A DNA stretch of 44,842 bases. Origin: Candidatus Woesearchaeota archaeon (GTDB lineage: Archaea > Nanobdellota > Nanobdellia > Woesearchaeales > UBA10200). Position numbers and translations under genes: made by a program. The stretch is from assembly GCA_016180275.1 (NCBI GenBank), contig JACPBN010000005.1:1-44842 (forward strand). The letters run 5' to 3'. Positions 1 to 8,804 of this stretch are shown one piece after another (positions within the stretch are counted from its first letter, which is position 1; each line of letters starts with the position of its first letter). The notes beneath the pieces were generated by a model, which saw only the letters and a list, made by a program, of their open reading frames with translations, searched no databases and was not told the DNA's origin.

Positions 1-1
1 T

Positions 2-292
2 TCATAATATTCTGACCTCTTCTCTTAATATTCCTTTTTTAAGGTAGGGGTTGAGGCTGTTATATGTTACTAAATCTACTTTTTTTCCAAGCGCATCCTC
101 TAGTTCATATTGTATCCCGACAAATCCAAATCCTATGCCCTTTGGAGGCTGTATCAGGATATCTATATCACTTCGTTTTTTATAGGTTCCTGTAGCATAA
201 CTTCCAAATATACCGGCTTTTCTAATCTTATGCTTTCTTAGCACCTTGACTATCTTGCTCTTAATTCTTCTGAAATCATTAGTGTTTTGCAT
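2..292 (-). CDS. Minimal nucleotidyltransferase (MNT-type, HEPN/MNT toxin-antitoxin family)
   Basis: 96-aa ORF with the pol-beta-type NTase signature GIFGSYATG...RSDIDIL. A HEPN partner, if present, would lie beyond the left window edge. Confidence 0.75.
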   Translation of the reverse strand: MQNTNDFRRIKSKIVKVLRKHKIRKAGIFGSYATGTYKKRSDIDILIQPPKGIGFGFVGIQYELEDALGKKVDLVTYNSLNPYLKKGILREEVRIL

Positions 293-388
293 GGTAAAAG
301 CATATTAGTTTATCAAATATATAAATCTTTAGAATTTAAAGATTTTGCAACCAAACCTTTTTATAGAATCATTAATTTTTGATGGTAT

Positions 389-571
389 ATGGCACAAGAC
401 AAAATTTCAATGCCTTCTTCGCAAGGAGGATTAACGAGGTATTTTGATGAATACAAAAGTAAGATCAGCTTAAGCCCTGTGCATGTGCTTATTTTTATTG
501 GCGTTGTTGTGTTATTAGTATTATTTTTACATACTCAAGGATATGCATTGTTTGGCGTTCCAGCTGCGTAA
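389..571 (+). CDS. secG: Preprotein translocase subunit Sec61-beta (archaeal SecG)
   Basis: 60 aa. N-terminal SSQGGLTRYFDE motif followed by a single C-terminal TM helix, the typical archaeal Sec61-beta layout. Confidence 0.8.
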   Translation: MAQDKISMPSSQGGLTRYFDEYKSKISLSPVHVLIFIGVVVLLVLFLHTQGYALFGVPAA

Positions 572-580
572 GGTGATACC

Positions 581-919
581 ATGTTTCCAGGAATGAACCC
601 AAGAGCAATGGAACAAGCAATGAGGAAGATGGGCATTTCTCAGGTCAATATTCCTGCAACTGAAGTTCTAATACGCACAAAAGAAAAAGATTATATCTTT
701 GTCCAGCCTCAAGTTGCTAAAGTCAACATGATGGGCCAAGACACTTACCAAATAGTCGGTAAGGCAGTTGAACGAGCAAGAATTACAGAAATCGAAATCA
801 ATCAGGATGACATTAATACTGTTATCTCGCAAACAAATACCGATGCAGAAACTGCAAAGAAAGTCCTCAAGGAAACAAAAGGGGATATTGCTGCTGCGAT
901 AATGAAGCTGCAGGGGTAA
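581..919 (+). CDS. nac: Nascent polypeptide-associated complex protein (NAC domain plus C-terminal UBA-like)
   Basis: 112 aa. Opens MFPGMNPRAMEQAMRKMGI as archaeal NAC does. C-terminal ETAKKVLKETKGDIAAAIMKL is UBA-like. Confidence 0.85.
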   Translation: MFPGMNPRAMEQAMRKMGISQVNIPATEVLIRTKEKDYIFVQPQVAKVNMMGQDTYQIVGKAVERARITEIEINQDDINTVISQTNTDAETAKKVLKETKGDIAAAIMKLQG

Positions 920-1005
920 ACTTATCAATTAATTAATTTTTCTTTAACTGCATTTTTACATAGAATTTATTACAATAATCCTAAATCTCTTCTCAAATAA
1001 AAAAA

Positions 1006-1128
1006 AGCGGAGGATGGGACTCGAACCCATGATTAGTCGGGTTGCAGCTTCGGTTTCTAGATAATTCCTCATCTAAAATCGACCGCCTTTGCCGCTTGGC
1101 TCTAGGGTTTCTGACGAAATACCCCCGC
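1006..1128 (-). tRNA. tRNA gene with probable two introns; isotype not resolved
   Basis: Minus-strand read GCGGGGG...ATGGG-TTCGAGT-CCCAT-CCTCCGC-T gives a 7-bp acceptor (one G:U) and a canonical T arm. The 123-nt length leaves about 45 nt of extra sequence. Local hairpins TTTC-GTCA-GAAA (D region) and TAGAT-N8-ATCTA (anticodon region) look like introns. No CCA is encoded. Confidence 0.6.
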
Positions 1129-1307
1129 AAAGCTAGGCAAAATCTCTTCGCATTGAAGAGGACTTAACCTGACTATTTGCTCCGCCGTAATAAATCAATT
1201 CTTTCCTTAAGATTCATCTTAGGTATATAAAAATTTAACCTATTCCGAACAAGATATTTTGAAAAGAAGGAGCCAACTGGTAGTAGTTTTCTAACAAAGA
1301 GTAAGTA

Positions 1308-1413
1308 CGCGCCTGGAGGGATTTGAACCCTCGATCTACAGCTTAGAAGGCTCTCACGAAAAAATAGGCTTAACTATTTTTTAGTCGCGCTATCCAGGCT
1401 ACGCTACAGGCGC
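1308..1413 (-). tRNA. tRNA-Arg(UCU) with a 31-nt intron inside the 5' strand of the anticodon stem
   Basis: Minus-strand read: GCGCCTG TA GCGT AGCCTGGATA GCGC G AC[TAAAAAATAGTTAAGCCTATTTTTTCGTGAG]AGC CTTCTAA GCTGT AGATC GAGGG TTCAAAT CCCTC CAGGCGC G. Removing plus-strand 1353-1383 restores the ACAGC/GCTGT anticodon stem and a 75-nt cloverleaf. Confidence 0.8.
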
Positions 1414-1491
1414 ATATATGTGAGAAAGAGAAGCACGCACTTTATAAAGTTTTCTTAGAAACATTTTAAAACAATTCTCTATTTTATAGAC

Positions 1492-1768
1492 GTGGAAGGC
1501 TAGATTGGGCAGTTAGTCCCTGCCTGTAACTGCAACCGGACTATACGGCAGGATCGAAGCTCAGGAAGCGAAGCTATTTGTTATCTTAGGGTCTTAGCTT
1601 TAACGTTGAGAAGCTGTCCTATTGGATCAGTTTATGTGGGAACTTTGTCAGGCGGGGAACCGAGCAGCAATAACCATGGATTCTGGTGCTTATAGGGTGC
1701 AGCTTTGAGGAGAAGCTAAGGTAAACCTTATCTTAGCAATTGTTTCCATTTTTGGGCATGCCTTCCAC
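1492..1768 (+). ncRNA. Signal recognition particle RNA (7S/SRP RNA)
   Basis: The 5' GTGGAAGGC pairs with the 3' GCCTTCCAC (helix 1). The helix-8 signature GTCAGG-CGG-GGAA-CCG-AGCAGCA carries a GGAA tetraloop. The region is GC-enriched, about 277 nt long, and followed by a T-run. Confidence 0.8.
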
Positions 1769-2104
1769 TTTATTTTTCAAAATATCAGAATAATCTTTCT
1801 AATTTCATCTTCTAAAACTTCATTATCACAACTGTTCTTTACACAAATGTGTCACATGGTATATAAACGACTTTGTTCTGCCATGTAGATATGGCAAATA
1901 ATTTTTTATTTAAACTGGAAGTCTGTATGTCTTCTACTATAGTTATTATTGCCATTATTTAATTTCATTGTTATTCTGCCAATTTTCAAAATTGCTGGAT
2001 TTCTAAAATTTCCAGTGATTTTGAAAACATTTTTTCTTTTTCAATTGGTATAAAACTGCATAAAAACTAAAACAAAATAAAAAAACAGACAAAAGGTGGT
2101 ATAA

Positions 2105-2251
2105 ATGACAAATTTACAAACAATGATGAAAACTTACGAGGCATTAACTGAATTGCGAAAATACGGCAGCTTATTTGAAGATTTGGACGAAGAGCAAGAT
2201 GATGACTTGTTTGACTCCTATTTTGGCTTAAGCACAAATCAAGCAGGATAG
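2105..2251 (+). CDS. Small acidic hypothetical protein (48 aa)
   Basis: ATG preceded by AAAGGTGG (SD-like). Product is MTNLQTMMKTYEALTELRKYGSLFEDLDEEQDDDLFDSYFGLSTNQAG. It falls below the ORF-track length cutoff and no family was recognised. Confidence 0.35.
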   Translation: MTNLQTMMKTYEALTELRKYGSLFEDLDEEQDDDLFDSYFGLSTNQAG

Positions 2252-2306
2252 TCAAATAGTACACAAGTCACAGCTTCAGAATTAGATTCAATATTAATAT
2301 TATTTA

Positions 2307-3068
2307 TTATTCCTTTAGTTCAACAATCCCTTCATTTGTAATTTTGTACTGAACGAAAAGCTCCTCAGAAATTGAGCGATGTTTTTTGATGGTTGCTCGC
2401 CTGATAAAACTATTGTTTAGCGTCTCTATTAGATTCATTTCTATCAGGCATTTGCTGCCGTACTTCAGGATATCTCCTCCTACCATATTGAACTTTTGCT
2501 TTTCTCTCTCTTCAAAGTTTGCATATACCTGATTTGTTATTAAAATCGGTATATTCTTTTTTCTTGCAATTTCAGTTAAGTAAGCTATTTGCGTGGCAAG
2601 CTCTTTATTCAGCTCGTAAATATCAGTTGTCTGCCCAAGCTCCAATCTATAAAGCATTGCAATGCTGTCAATCACTATTAGTCCAACATTCTCCCTTAAT
2701 ATCTCTTTTAACGTCTGGAATACATCTACCTGCTCATTGAATGAAGTTGGCTTATAGAAAACTATCTGCTTTAAGACATCCATAAATCTAGGTGTTATCT
2801 GCTTTAATCTCTCAACAGAAAATCCGCCTTCAGTATCAACATAAATAACTTTCTTTCCTGTTTCAGCTGCTTTAACAGTTGCCAATATGCATAAACAGGT
2901 TTTTCCGGACCCTGCAGGCCCATAGATTGTCGTGACAGTATCTCTCTCATATCCCCCAGCTAAAAGTGTGTCAAAAACCTTACTTCCAGAAGATAATACA
3001 TTTGAATTCATATAGGACTTTCTTAATCTAGCATGATTATAATCAGTTTCTTTTTGGTTGTTTGCCAT
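2307..3068 (-). CDS. radB: RadB-like RecA-superfamily ATPase (RadA paralog)
   Basis: 253 aa. Walker A in LAGGYERDTVTTIYGPAGSGKT, Walker B-like LIVIDS. Size and layout fit archaeal RadB or a KaiC-like single domain. Confidence 0.75.
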   Translation of the reverse strand: MANNQKETDYNHARLRKSYMNSNVLSSGSKVFDTLLAGGYERDTVTTIYGPAGSGKTCLCILATVKAAETGKKVIYVDTEGGFSVERLKQITPRFMDVLKQIVFYKPTSFNEQVDVFQTLKEILRENVGLIVIDSIAMLYRLELGQTTDIYELNKELATQIAYLTEIARKKNIPILITNQVYANFEEREKQKFNMVGGDILKYGSKCLIEMNLIETLNNSFIRRATIKKHRSISEELFVQYKITNEGIVELKE

Positions 3069-3122
3069 AACTACCGGATTATTGCATACATATTTAAATA
3101 TTTATTAGTAATTAACCTCTAT

Positions 3123-3944
3123 ATGGAAGGCTTAATCAACAAAGCAGATAATAAAAATATCAAGCAGTCTAAATCAACCCTAAACAGAGTTCTGGTAGTT
3201 TATATGGACAACACTAAAAAAACCCTAAAGGTAATCTTTAATGCATTGGACAAATTTCGAATTGAGTATTCTGCTATCCCTAAAACACATAAGAGTTCCA
3301 ATGTTTTCAGAAACAAGGATCTCATAATCACAGTTGGCGGAGACGGCACATTCTTGGGCGCAGCGCATTACATCAAAGACACTCCTGTTTTAGCTGTCTC
3401 GCCGGATGAGCTAAAACATGAAGGATTTTTTGCGAGGGCAAATAGGTATAACTTTGAAGCTAAACTAAAAAAAATCCTTGCAAGAAAATACAAGATTCTT
3501 AGCTTGCAAAGATTATGTGCAAAAATAAATAATCATCCAGTTGAACATTCACTTAATGAAATTTATGCAGGTAAAAGAAAAGCCTATCTGTTATCAAAAT
3601 ACACAATCAAAGTCGGAAATAAATCTGAATATCAAAAAAGCTCTGGTGTGTTAATAGGCACAGCAGCCGGCAGTAATGCATGGATTAAAGCTTGCAATGG
3701 CAAAATTTTGCCACTTAACTCCAAAAAATTTCAATTTATAGTAAGAGAGCCTTTTCCAGGGAAATTCCTGAAATATAAAATGCTTAAGAAAATATTAAAG
3801 CCGAATGAGGTTATTACCCTGATCTCAAAAATGAAGCGAGGCGTTGTTGTGGCAGACTCTGTCGGTAAGGAATATGGGTTCAGTAATGGAGATCTGTTGA
3901 CAGTGAGTGTATCAAAGCATCCGCTTAGGTTAGCGACCTTTTAA
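3123..3944 (+). CDS. nadK: NAD kinase
   Basis: ITVGGDGTFLGAAHY (GGDGT motif) and NEIYAG. Start moved to the ATG at 3123, because the 30-codon upstream extension overlaps radB and looks non-coding. Confidence 0.8.
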   Translation: MEGLINKADNKNIKQSKSTLNRVLVVYMDNTKKTLKVIFNALDKFRIEYSAIPKTHKSSNVFRNKDLIITVGGDGTFLGAAHYIKDTPVLAVSPDELKHEGFFARANRYNFEAKLKKILARKYKILSLQRLCAKINNHPVEHSLNEIYAGKRKAYLLSKYTIKVGNKSEYQKSSGVLIGTAAGSNAWIKACNGKILPLNSKKFQFIVREPFPGKFLKYKMLKKILKPNEVITLISKMKRGVVVADSVGKEYGFSNGDLLTVSVSKHPLRLATF

Positions 3945-3946
3945 AA

Positions 3947-4852
3947 ATGAAATCTCTTGCAAAAAAAATCTGGTTAGACGGAAAATTGCTCTTCTGGCAG
4001 AAAGCTAATGTTCATGTCTTAACTCATGCATTGCATTATGGCAGCGCAGTATTTGAAGGCATTAGATTTTATAACACAGACAAAGGCCCTGCAATTTTCC
4101 GTTTAGATGATCACATAAAAAGATTGTTCTACTCAGCATCTGTATTGGATATGAAAATTCCTTATACAAAAGCGCAAATAAAAAAAGCAATAATCAACAC
4201 TGTAAAATCGAACAACCTAAAAGAAGGCTACATTCGTCCATTAGTTTTCTATGGCGCAAAATCGCTTGGCCTGTACCCTAAAAACTTGCCAGTGCAAGTA
4301 ACTATCATAGCAATACCTTTTCCTAAATTATTTGCCAAAACTACAATCAATGTAAAAACTTCCAGCTTTATTAGATTGCATCCGCACAGCACAATTGCTT
4401 CTGCAAAAATCTCAGGGCATTATGTGAATTCAATTCTTGCAAGCTTGGAAGCAAAGAAAGCAGGTTATGATGAAGCGCTGATGTTTGACTTTAAAGGCAA
4501 TATAGCAGAAGGTTCTGGAGAAAACTTCTTTTTAGTTAAAAACAATGTAATCAAGACAGCAAGCTTGGAAGATATCTTGCCTGGTATAACTAGACAATCT
4601 TTGATTAAAGTTGCTGTTGATCTTGGCTATGAAACAGATGAGCTTGAGCTTACAGAGCATGACATTAACATAGCTGATGAAGCATTCTTCTCAGGCACAG
4701 CAGCAGAAATAACTCCAATTGCAAAAATAGATAACATAATAATTAACAATGGAAAAGTCGGAGGCATAACTCTTCAATTACAGGAAAAATTCTATGACAT
4801 TGTGCATGGATTAGATGAAAAGTATAAAGAATGGCTGACATATGTGAAATGA
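3947..4852 (+). CDS. ilvE: Branched-chain amino acid aminotransferase (fold-type IV PLP enzyme)
   Basis: 301 aa with HALHYGSAVFEGIRFY, GYIRPLVFYG, LPGITRQS and FFSGTAAEITPI, typical of IlvE. An aminodeoxychorismate-lyase-like function cannot be excluded by eye. Confidence 0.75.
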   Translation: MKSLAKKIWLDGKLLFWQKANVHVLTHALHYGSAVFEGIRFYNTDKGPAIFRLDDHIKRLFYSASVLDMKIPYTKAQIKKAIINTVKSNNLKEGYIRPLVFYGAKSLGLYPKNLPVQVTIIAIPFPKLFAKTTINVKTSSFIRLHPHSTIASAKISGHYVNSILASLEAKKAGYDEALMFDFKGNIAEGSGENFFLVKNNVIKTASLEDILPGITRQSLIKVAVDLGYETDELELTEHDINIADEAFFSGTAAEITPIAKIDNIIINNGKVGGITLQLQEKFYDIVHGLDEKYKEWLTYVK

Positions 4853-4941
4853 AATTAATCAATAAACAATTAAATAAAAAATAGAAACATAATAAAAATA
4901 AACAATTCTAAAATATAAATTAAAAAAACAAAAATTAATGC

Positions 4942-5547
4942 TTATTCCTCAGCAAAGTTGTCAACTGTCTCTTTAAGATCTTCGTCCTTGGTAATTACTC
5001 CTCGTTTCTTTAGATACTCTTTTGTTAATATGTAAAATATTAATCCAAGCGATTTCTTTCCTTTATTATTGCATGGCACAACTAAATCAATCTCATTTGA
5101 CTGGTTGTTTGTATCGCAAAGAGCAATTACAGGTATACCCATGCTTATCGCATCTAACACTGCATTTCTGTCTGGCCATGAATCAACTACCAAAATCAGT
5201 TTTGTTTCCATGTATGTGTCAAGAGCTTTGTTTGTTAATATCCCTGGGGGGTATCTGCCAGCAAATATCTTTATGCCTGTTAATTTATTTAACAATTTTA
5301 CAGGCTTCCAGCCAGTCTCTCTTCTGCAGACAACAAGTATGTCCTCTGGCTTATACTGTGACATGAAATTTGCAGCTATGCCTAATCTTTCATTTATCTT
5401 CTGCAGGTTTAAAACACTCAAACCATCTGGCCTTGTCTTGTAAATAAAATTAGCCATATGCCTTGTCCTAAACTTCGTTCCAATATGAATGCCTGATTTT
5501 AAATATGCATCCTGCGCAACTAAAAATTCATCTGCCATTTTCTTCAC
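4942..5547 (-). CDS. rps2: 30S ribosomal protein uS2
   Basis: 201 aa with YLKSGIHIGTKFRT and IPVIALCDTN, archaeal uS2 hallmarks. Confidence 0.9.
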   Translation of the reverse strand: MKKMADEFLVAQDAYLKSGIHIGTKFRTRHMANFIYKTRPDGLSVLNLQKINERLGIAANFMSQYKPEDILVVCRRETGWKPVKLLNKLTGIKIFAGRYPPGILTNKALDTYMETKLILVVDSWPDRNAVLDAISMGIPVIALCDTNNQSNEIDLVVPCNNKGKKSLGLIFYILTKEYLKKRGVITKDEDLKETVDNFAEE

Positions 5548-5769
5548 CTTTGTAATTTTTTCCTTATCTGCTGTATTCTTATGATATATTTATCCACAAT
5601 TAACAAAACCTGCAGAACAATCTATTTGCTCCGCACTTCTATTGCCTGTGCAGCTCGCCAATACAACTTGTGCATTAGCTTCGGCTATAGTCTCATAAAA
5701 TTGGCTTTGATTTATAAATATGATGTTTTTGTCATATCAATCTTAAAGTTTTACTTAATAGCTTTATTC

Positions 5770-6297
5770 TCAAGAAAACACAGCAACATCTTCATACACA
5801 GGCCCTTCTGGAGTTAGCTCACTCTTAACCAGCTTAAAATTTTTTAATGTAATCTCTTTCTCCTCAATAACCAAGCTCTTAACTTTCTCAACAAATTCCT
5901 GTTTTTCCTGCAAAACCTTCACCCTAGCTAGTGTTATATGCGGCTTAAAGTTCTTCTCAGGCTTGAAATTCAGCTCCTCTAATTCCTTCTCAATCCTATT
6001 CTGCAATTTTATAATCTCTTCTTCTGGCTTTACACCAATCCATACAACCCTTATATATTTCTCAGTTGGAAAAAAACCTGCTTTGGAAATCTTAACATTA
6101 ATCTGCTCAACTTTGATTTTTTCAAGTATTTTCTTCACAATCTCCACTTTATTTTCATCAAATTCTCCGATAAACTTCAGGGTCATGTGAAATGTTTTTG
6201 GAAAAGTAAATCTTCCTGTATTAAACCTAATTTTATCCTGCAGAGAATAAAAATACTCTTTCAGCTCATTGAATTCCAGGGCAATAAACAATCTCAT
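5770..6297 (-). CDS. thpR: RNA 2',3'-cyclic phosphodiesterase / 2'-5' RNA ligase (2H family)
   Basis: 175 aa with two H-x-T-x motifs, FHMTLKF and PHITLAR. Confidence 0.85.
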   Translation of the reverse strand: MRLFIALEFNELKEYFYSLQDKIRFNTGRFTFPKTFHMTLKFIGEFDENKVEIVKKILEKIKVEQINVKISKAGFFPTEKYIRVVWIGVKPEEEIIKLQNRIEKELEELNFKPEKNFKPHITLARVKVLQEKQEFVEKVKSLVIEEKEITLKNFKLVKSELTPEGPVYEDVAVFS

Positions 6298-6375
6298 ACT
6301 TAGAAAAATAATTTAGCTATATTAAAATTTTGTTATAAAAAATAAAATAAGAAAAAAATCAAAGAAAGATGCAAT

Positions 6376-6717
6376 TTAATTGCTTGGTTCTTCTTCGCTA
6401 AAATCTTCGCTATCCTGTGAAGAATCATATTGCTCTTCTTCTGGTGCAGCAGCTTGTTCCTGTGGTGCATCAGCAACTGGGGCACTTTCGCCTCCACCGC
6501 CTACAACCTCAGCAAAGCCAACTTTGCGCAGAACACGTGTTACTCGTATTCTAACATTGTCTCCTGCTTTTACGCCTGGGACAAATAAAACAAAACCGTC
6601 CTTCTTAGCTATGCCGTCGCCTTTTTCGCCGACAGCTTCTATTTTTACATCTAATTCGTCGCCAACTTTAACTGGCGCGAAACTTCTTCTCTGAAATCCG
6701 CTTTCTTGTCTGTACAT
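6376..6717 (-). CDS. TRAM-domain RNA-binding protein with acidic C-terminal tail
   Basis: VKVGDELDVKIEAVGEKGDGIAKKDGFVLFVPGVKAGDNVRIRVTRV is a typical stand-alone archaeal TRAM domain. The tail is rich in A, P, E and D. Confidence 0.8.
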   Translation of the reverse strand: MYRQESGFQRRSFAPVKVGDELDVKIEAVGEKGDGIAKKDGFVLFVPGVKAGDNVRIRVTRVLRKVGFAEVVGGGGESAPVADAPQEQAAAPEEEQYDSSQDSEDFSEEEPSN

Positions 6718-6847
6718 ATTTATTTCACCTTATACTACCTAATTTAATCTACGCATATACTTCAAGTTTTCACTTGCTCTCTATGTGCATATCAAAAAGT
6801 AATGGCTATTGCTTTATAAATTTTGTGAATATTTGTCGAGAATAAAC

Positions 6848-7075
6848 CTATTTCTTCTTCTTTCGTCTTTTCTTATAAAGCTGCTCTTTATCTATCACAA
6901 TACTCTCTCTTAGAGTTACTATGCTTGCTATGAAAAATATAGTGCTTAACAATGCTAGTGTAAATCCCCAAGGCGGGCTAAGTCTCCCGGAATTCCAGAA
7001 TATCAATGATCCAATAAAGCCTAACATTCCAACAATCATAAAGCTAGCTGGCAAAGGTTCATACTTAAATCCCAT
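6848..7075 (-). CDS. Small membrane protein (2 predicted TM helices, poly-Lys C-terminus)
   Basis: 75 aa with two hydrophobic stretches, ending RRKKKK. No family recognised. Confidence 0.45.
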   Translation of the reverse strand: MGFKYEPLPASFMIVGMLGFIGSLIFWNSGRLSPPWGFTLALLSTIFFIASIVTLRESIVIDKEQLYKKRRKKKK

Positions 7076-7256
7076 CTTCTCACCTTCTTTTTTTGATACT
7101 AAATATTATATTAATAATCACAAATATACTCTAATTAATTTATACCCTAATATTTCTTTACATCATTATACTATATATATCTTTTGCTAATCTTAACCAG
7201 AGTATTTAATTTAATCATGTAATCAATCTGATAAGCAGATATCTAAAACATAATTA

Positions 7257-8594
7257 TCAAAAATCAAACACTTTTTTTGCCTTTTGTATTGCAATCGGGC
7301 TTTCGCCGCCGTGCCATGTAAATCTTGGCCTCATTCTTACTGGATACATCCTTTCATTGCTGTCATCTAAAATTAATGCTGCGCCATTTACTCTTGGGAG
7401 ATCGTTAAGTTCTTTATCTAATCCCTCTCTCATATAACTCTGCATTAACATCCCTAAAGCATCAGTATCTAATTTTGCAGTAATTCTATGGCTTATCACA
7501 ATATCACTTTGCGTCATAACATCTGTATGTATCTTTCCCGGCTGTTGTGTTGCTAATATCAAGCTTATGCCGGGCTGCCTACCTTCTCTCATTATTGTGA
7601 TTAATGCATCAGTTGCTGTTGTCTTTCCTTGCACAGGCAAAAACTCATGTGCCTCATCAATAACCAGCCAGACAAGCGGCATTTCTTGCTTTTCCTGCGA
7701 TGTATCTCTACCAGAAAAATAATGCTGCACACCTTCCACTTGCTTAAATTCTTCCTTTTTTCTCGCAATCATTCTTTCTACAAATAATTTCTGGCTTACA
7801 AGACTAATTACCAGCGCTTTTATATCCCAGCCATTTGGAACAGTTGCATAACAGCTTACATCTAATATTGTAACTTCTCCCGGACGAGCAAGCTCAGCTA
7901 TTGTTGTTCCATTTTTGTCAAATAATCCCCATCTCTGCGCATTAATAAAATGATTTTCTGCAGCATCTTTAACAACTTGGCTGGCTCTGTCATCTGTTTT
8001 AATTGCAGCAATTATTTCATCTAATCCAAACACTTTTAATTTATCTGATAGATCATGCAAAATTCTTTCTACAAGAACTCCTATTGGGTCATTTGTTGTA
8101 AACCCAAATGTCATTGCCCAGTCAGTTGCGTTTAAATCGCTCGGTCTTAAAGCAAAAGGAAAATCAGTTGGAAAACCTGCTTCTTTATATTCTTTAAATG
8201 CTCCAAATGGCGTATAGATTTTAATATCCAAGCCTTTGCCTTTAAATCCCCATTGCGCAAGAAGTTCCTCTTCCTTATGGTTAGGAAACTTCATTGTCCA
8301 GTAAACGCCCATGGTATCCAGCATTATAATGCTTAAATTATTCTTGATTTCTGCCGGCAGATCAATCATGCCTTCAGCAATAACTCCCATAGTGTAAGAT
8401 TTTCCGCCGCCTCTTTTTCCGCAGATAAATATGACGTGGCTCTTTACTATGTCCAAATATACATTATTGCTCAGAGAAGTAACCTGCCCCATCTTAACAT
8501 AATGCTTTGCAATAAGAATAGTTCCCTGCATCCCAAACTTCTCTTTGTCAGGGGCATTTCTGCCGATTATAATATCATTGGTTCCCATATTCAC
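7257..8594 (-). CDS. HerA/FtsK-superfamily P-loop ATPase (DUF87-like)
   Basis: 445 aa. Walker A is ICGKRGGGKSYT and Walker B is VWLVIDEAHEF. ILATQQPGKI and DIVISHRI resemble the HerA-like sensor region. Confidence 0.7.
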   Translation of the reverse strand: MNMGTNDIIIGRNAPDKEKFGMQGTILIAKHYVKMGQVTSLSNNVYLDIVKSHVIFICGKRGGGKSYTMGVIAEGMIDLPAEIKNNLSIIMLDTMGVYWTMKFPNHKEEELLAQWGFKGKGLDIKIYTPFGAFKEYKEAGFPTDFPFALRPSDLNATDWAMTFGFTTNDPIGVLVERILHDLSDKLKVFGLDEIIAAIKTDDRASQVVKDAAENHFINAQRWGLFDKNGTTIAELARPGEVTILDVSCYATVPNGWDIKALVISLVSQKLFVERMIARKKEEFKQVEGVQHYFSGRDTSQEKQEMPLVWLVIDEAHEFLPVQGKTTATDALITIMREGRQPGISLILATQQPGKIHTDVMTQSDIVISHRITAKLDTDALGMLMQSYMREGLDKELNDLPRVNGAALILDDSNERMYPVRMRPRFTWHGGESPIAIQKAKKVFDF

Positions 8595-8804
8595 ACTCTT
8601 TTTCTAAATAATCTTTTATTACACATGCTAAACAAATACAATATATCTAATAATTATATCTACTAACACCTATATTAATTTATGCACTTTAATTGCTATA
8701 ATCTTTATCAAAACTTCCAAGTAGTAGCTATCATGCATAACCTTTATAAATTTAAGAAAAACTTTAAATATAAGTAAGACAATTTCATGCTTGAGGGGTA
8801 AACT

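Noticed and set aside
1984-2030. A perfect 10-bp inverted repeat, TTTTCAAAAT ... ATTTTGAAAA, separated by 27 nt.
   Set aside because: The repeat is pure A/T in an AT-rich non-coding stretch. Chance occurrence is plausible and no associated feature was found.
2067-2264. A 65-aa minus-strand ORF from the track.
   Set aside because: It overlaps the better-supported plus-strand SD-preceded 48-codon ORF, and its product looks like random sequence.
3033-3122. N-terminal extensions offered by the ORF track for nadK (3033), traB (10680), pgi (19351) and DAHPS-2 (30213).
   Set aside because: The extensions are hydrophobic or low-complexity and overlap neighbouring genes or promoters. Internal ATGs align with the conserved N-termini, and some have SD-like sequences.
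5581-5817. A 78-aa plus-strand ORF between rps2 and thpR. There is also a minus-strand Cys-containing frame (...ETIAEANAQVVLASCTGNRSAEQIDCSAGFVNCG) in the somewhat GC-richer patch at about 5590-5735.
   Set aside because: The plus ORF is hydrophobic junk overlapping the thpR 3' end. The minus frame has no ATG, GTG or TTG start after its upstream stop. It could be a decayed gene or a small RNA, but I cannot support either.
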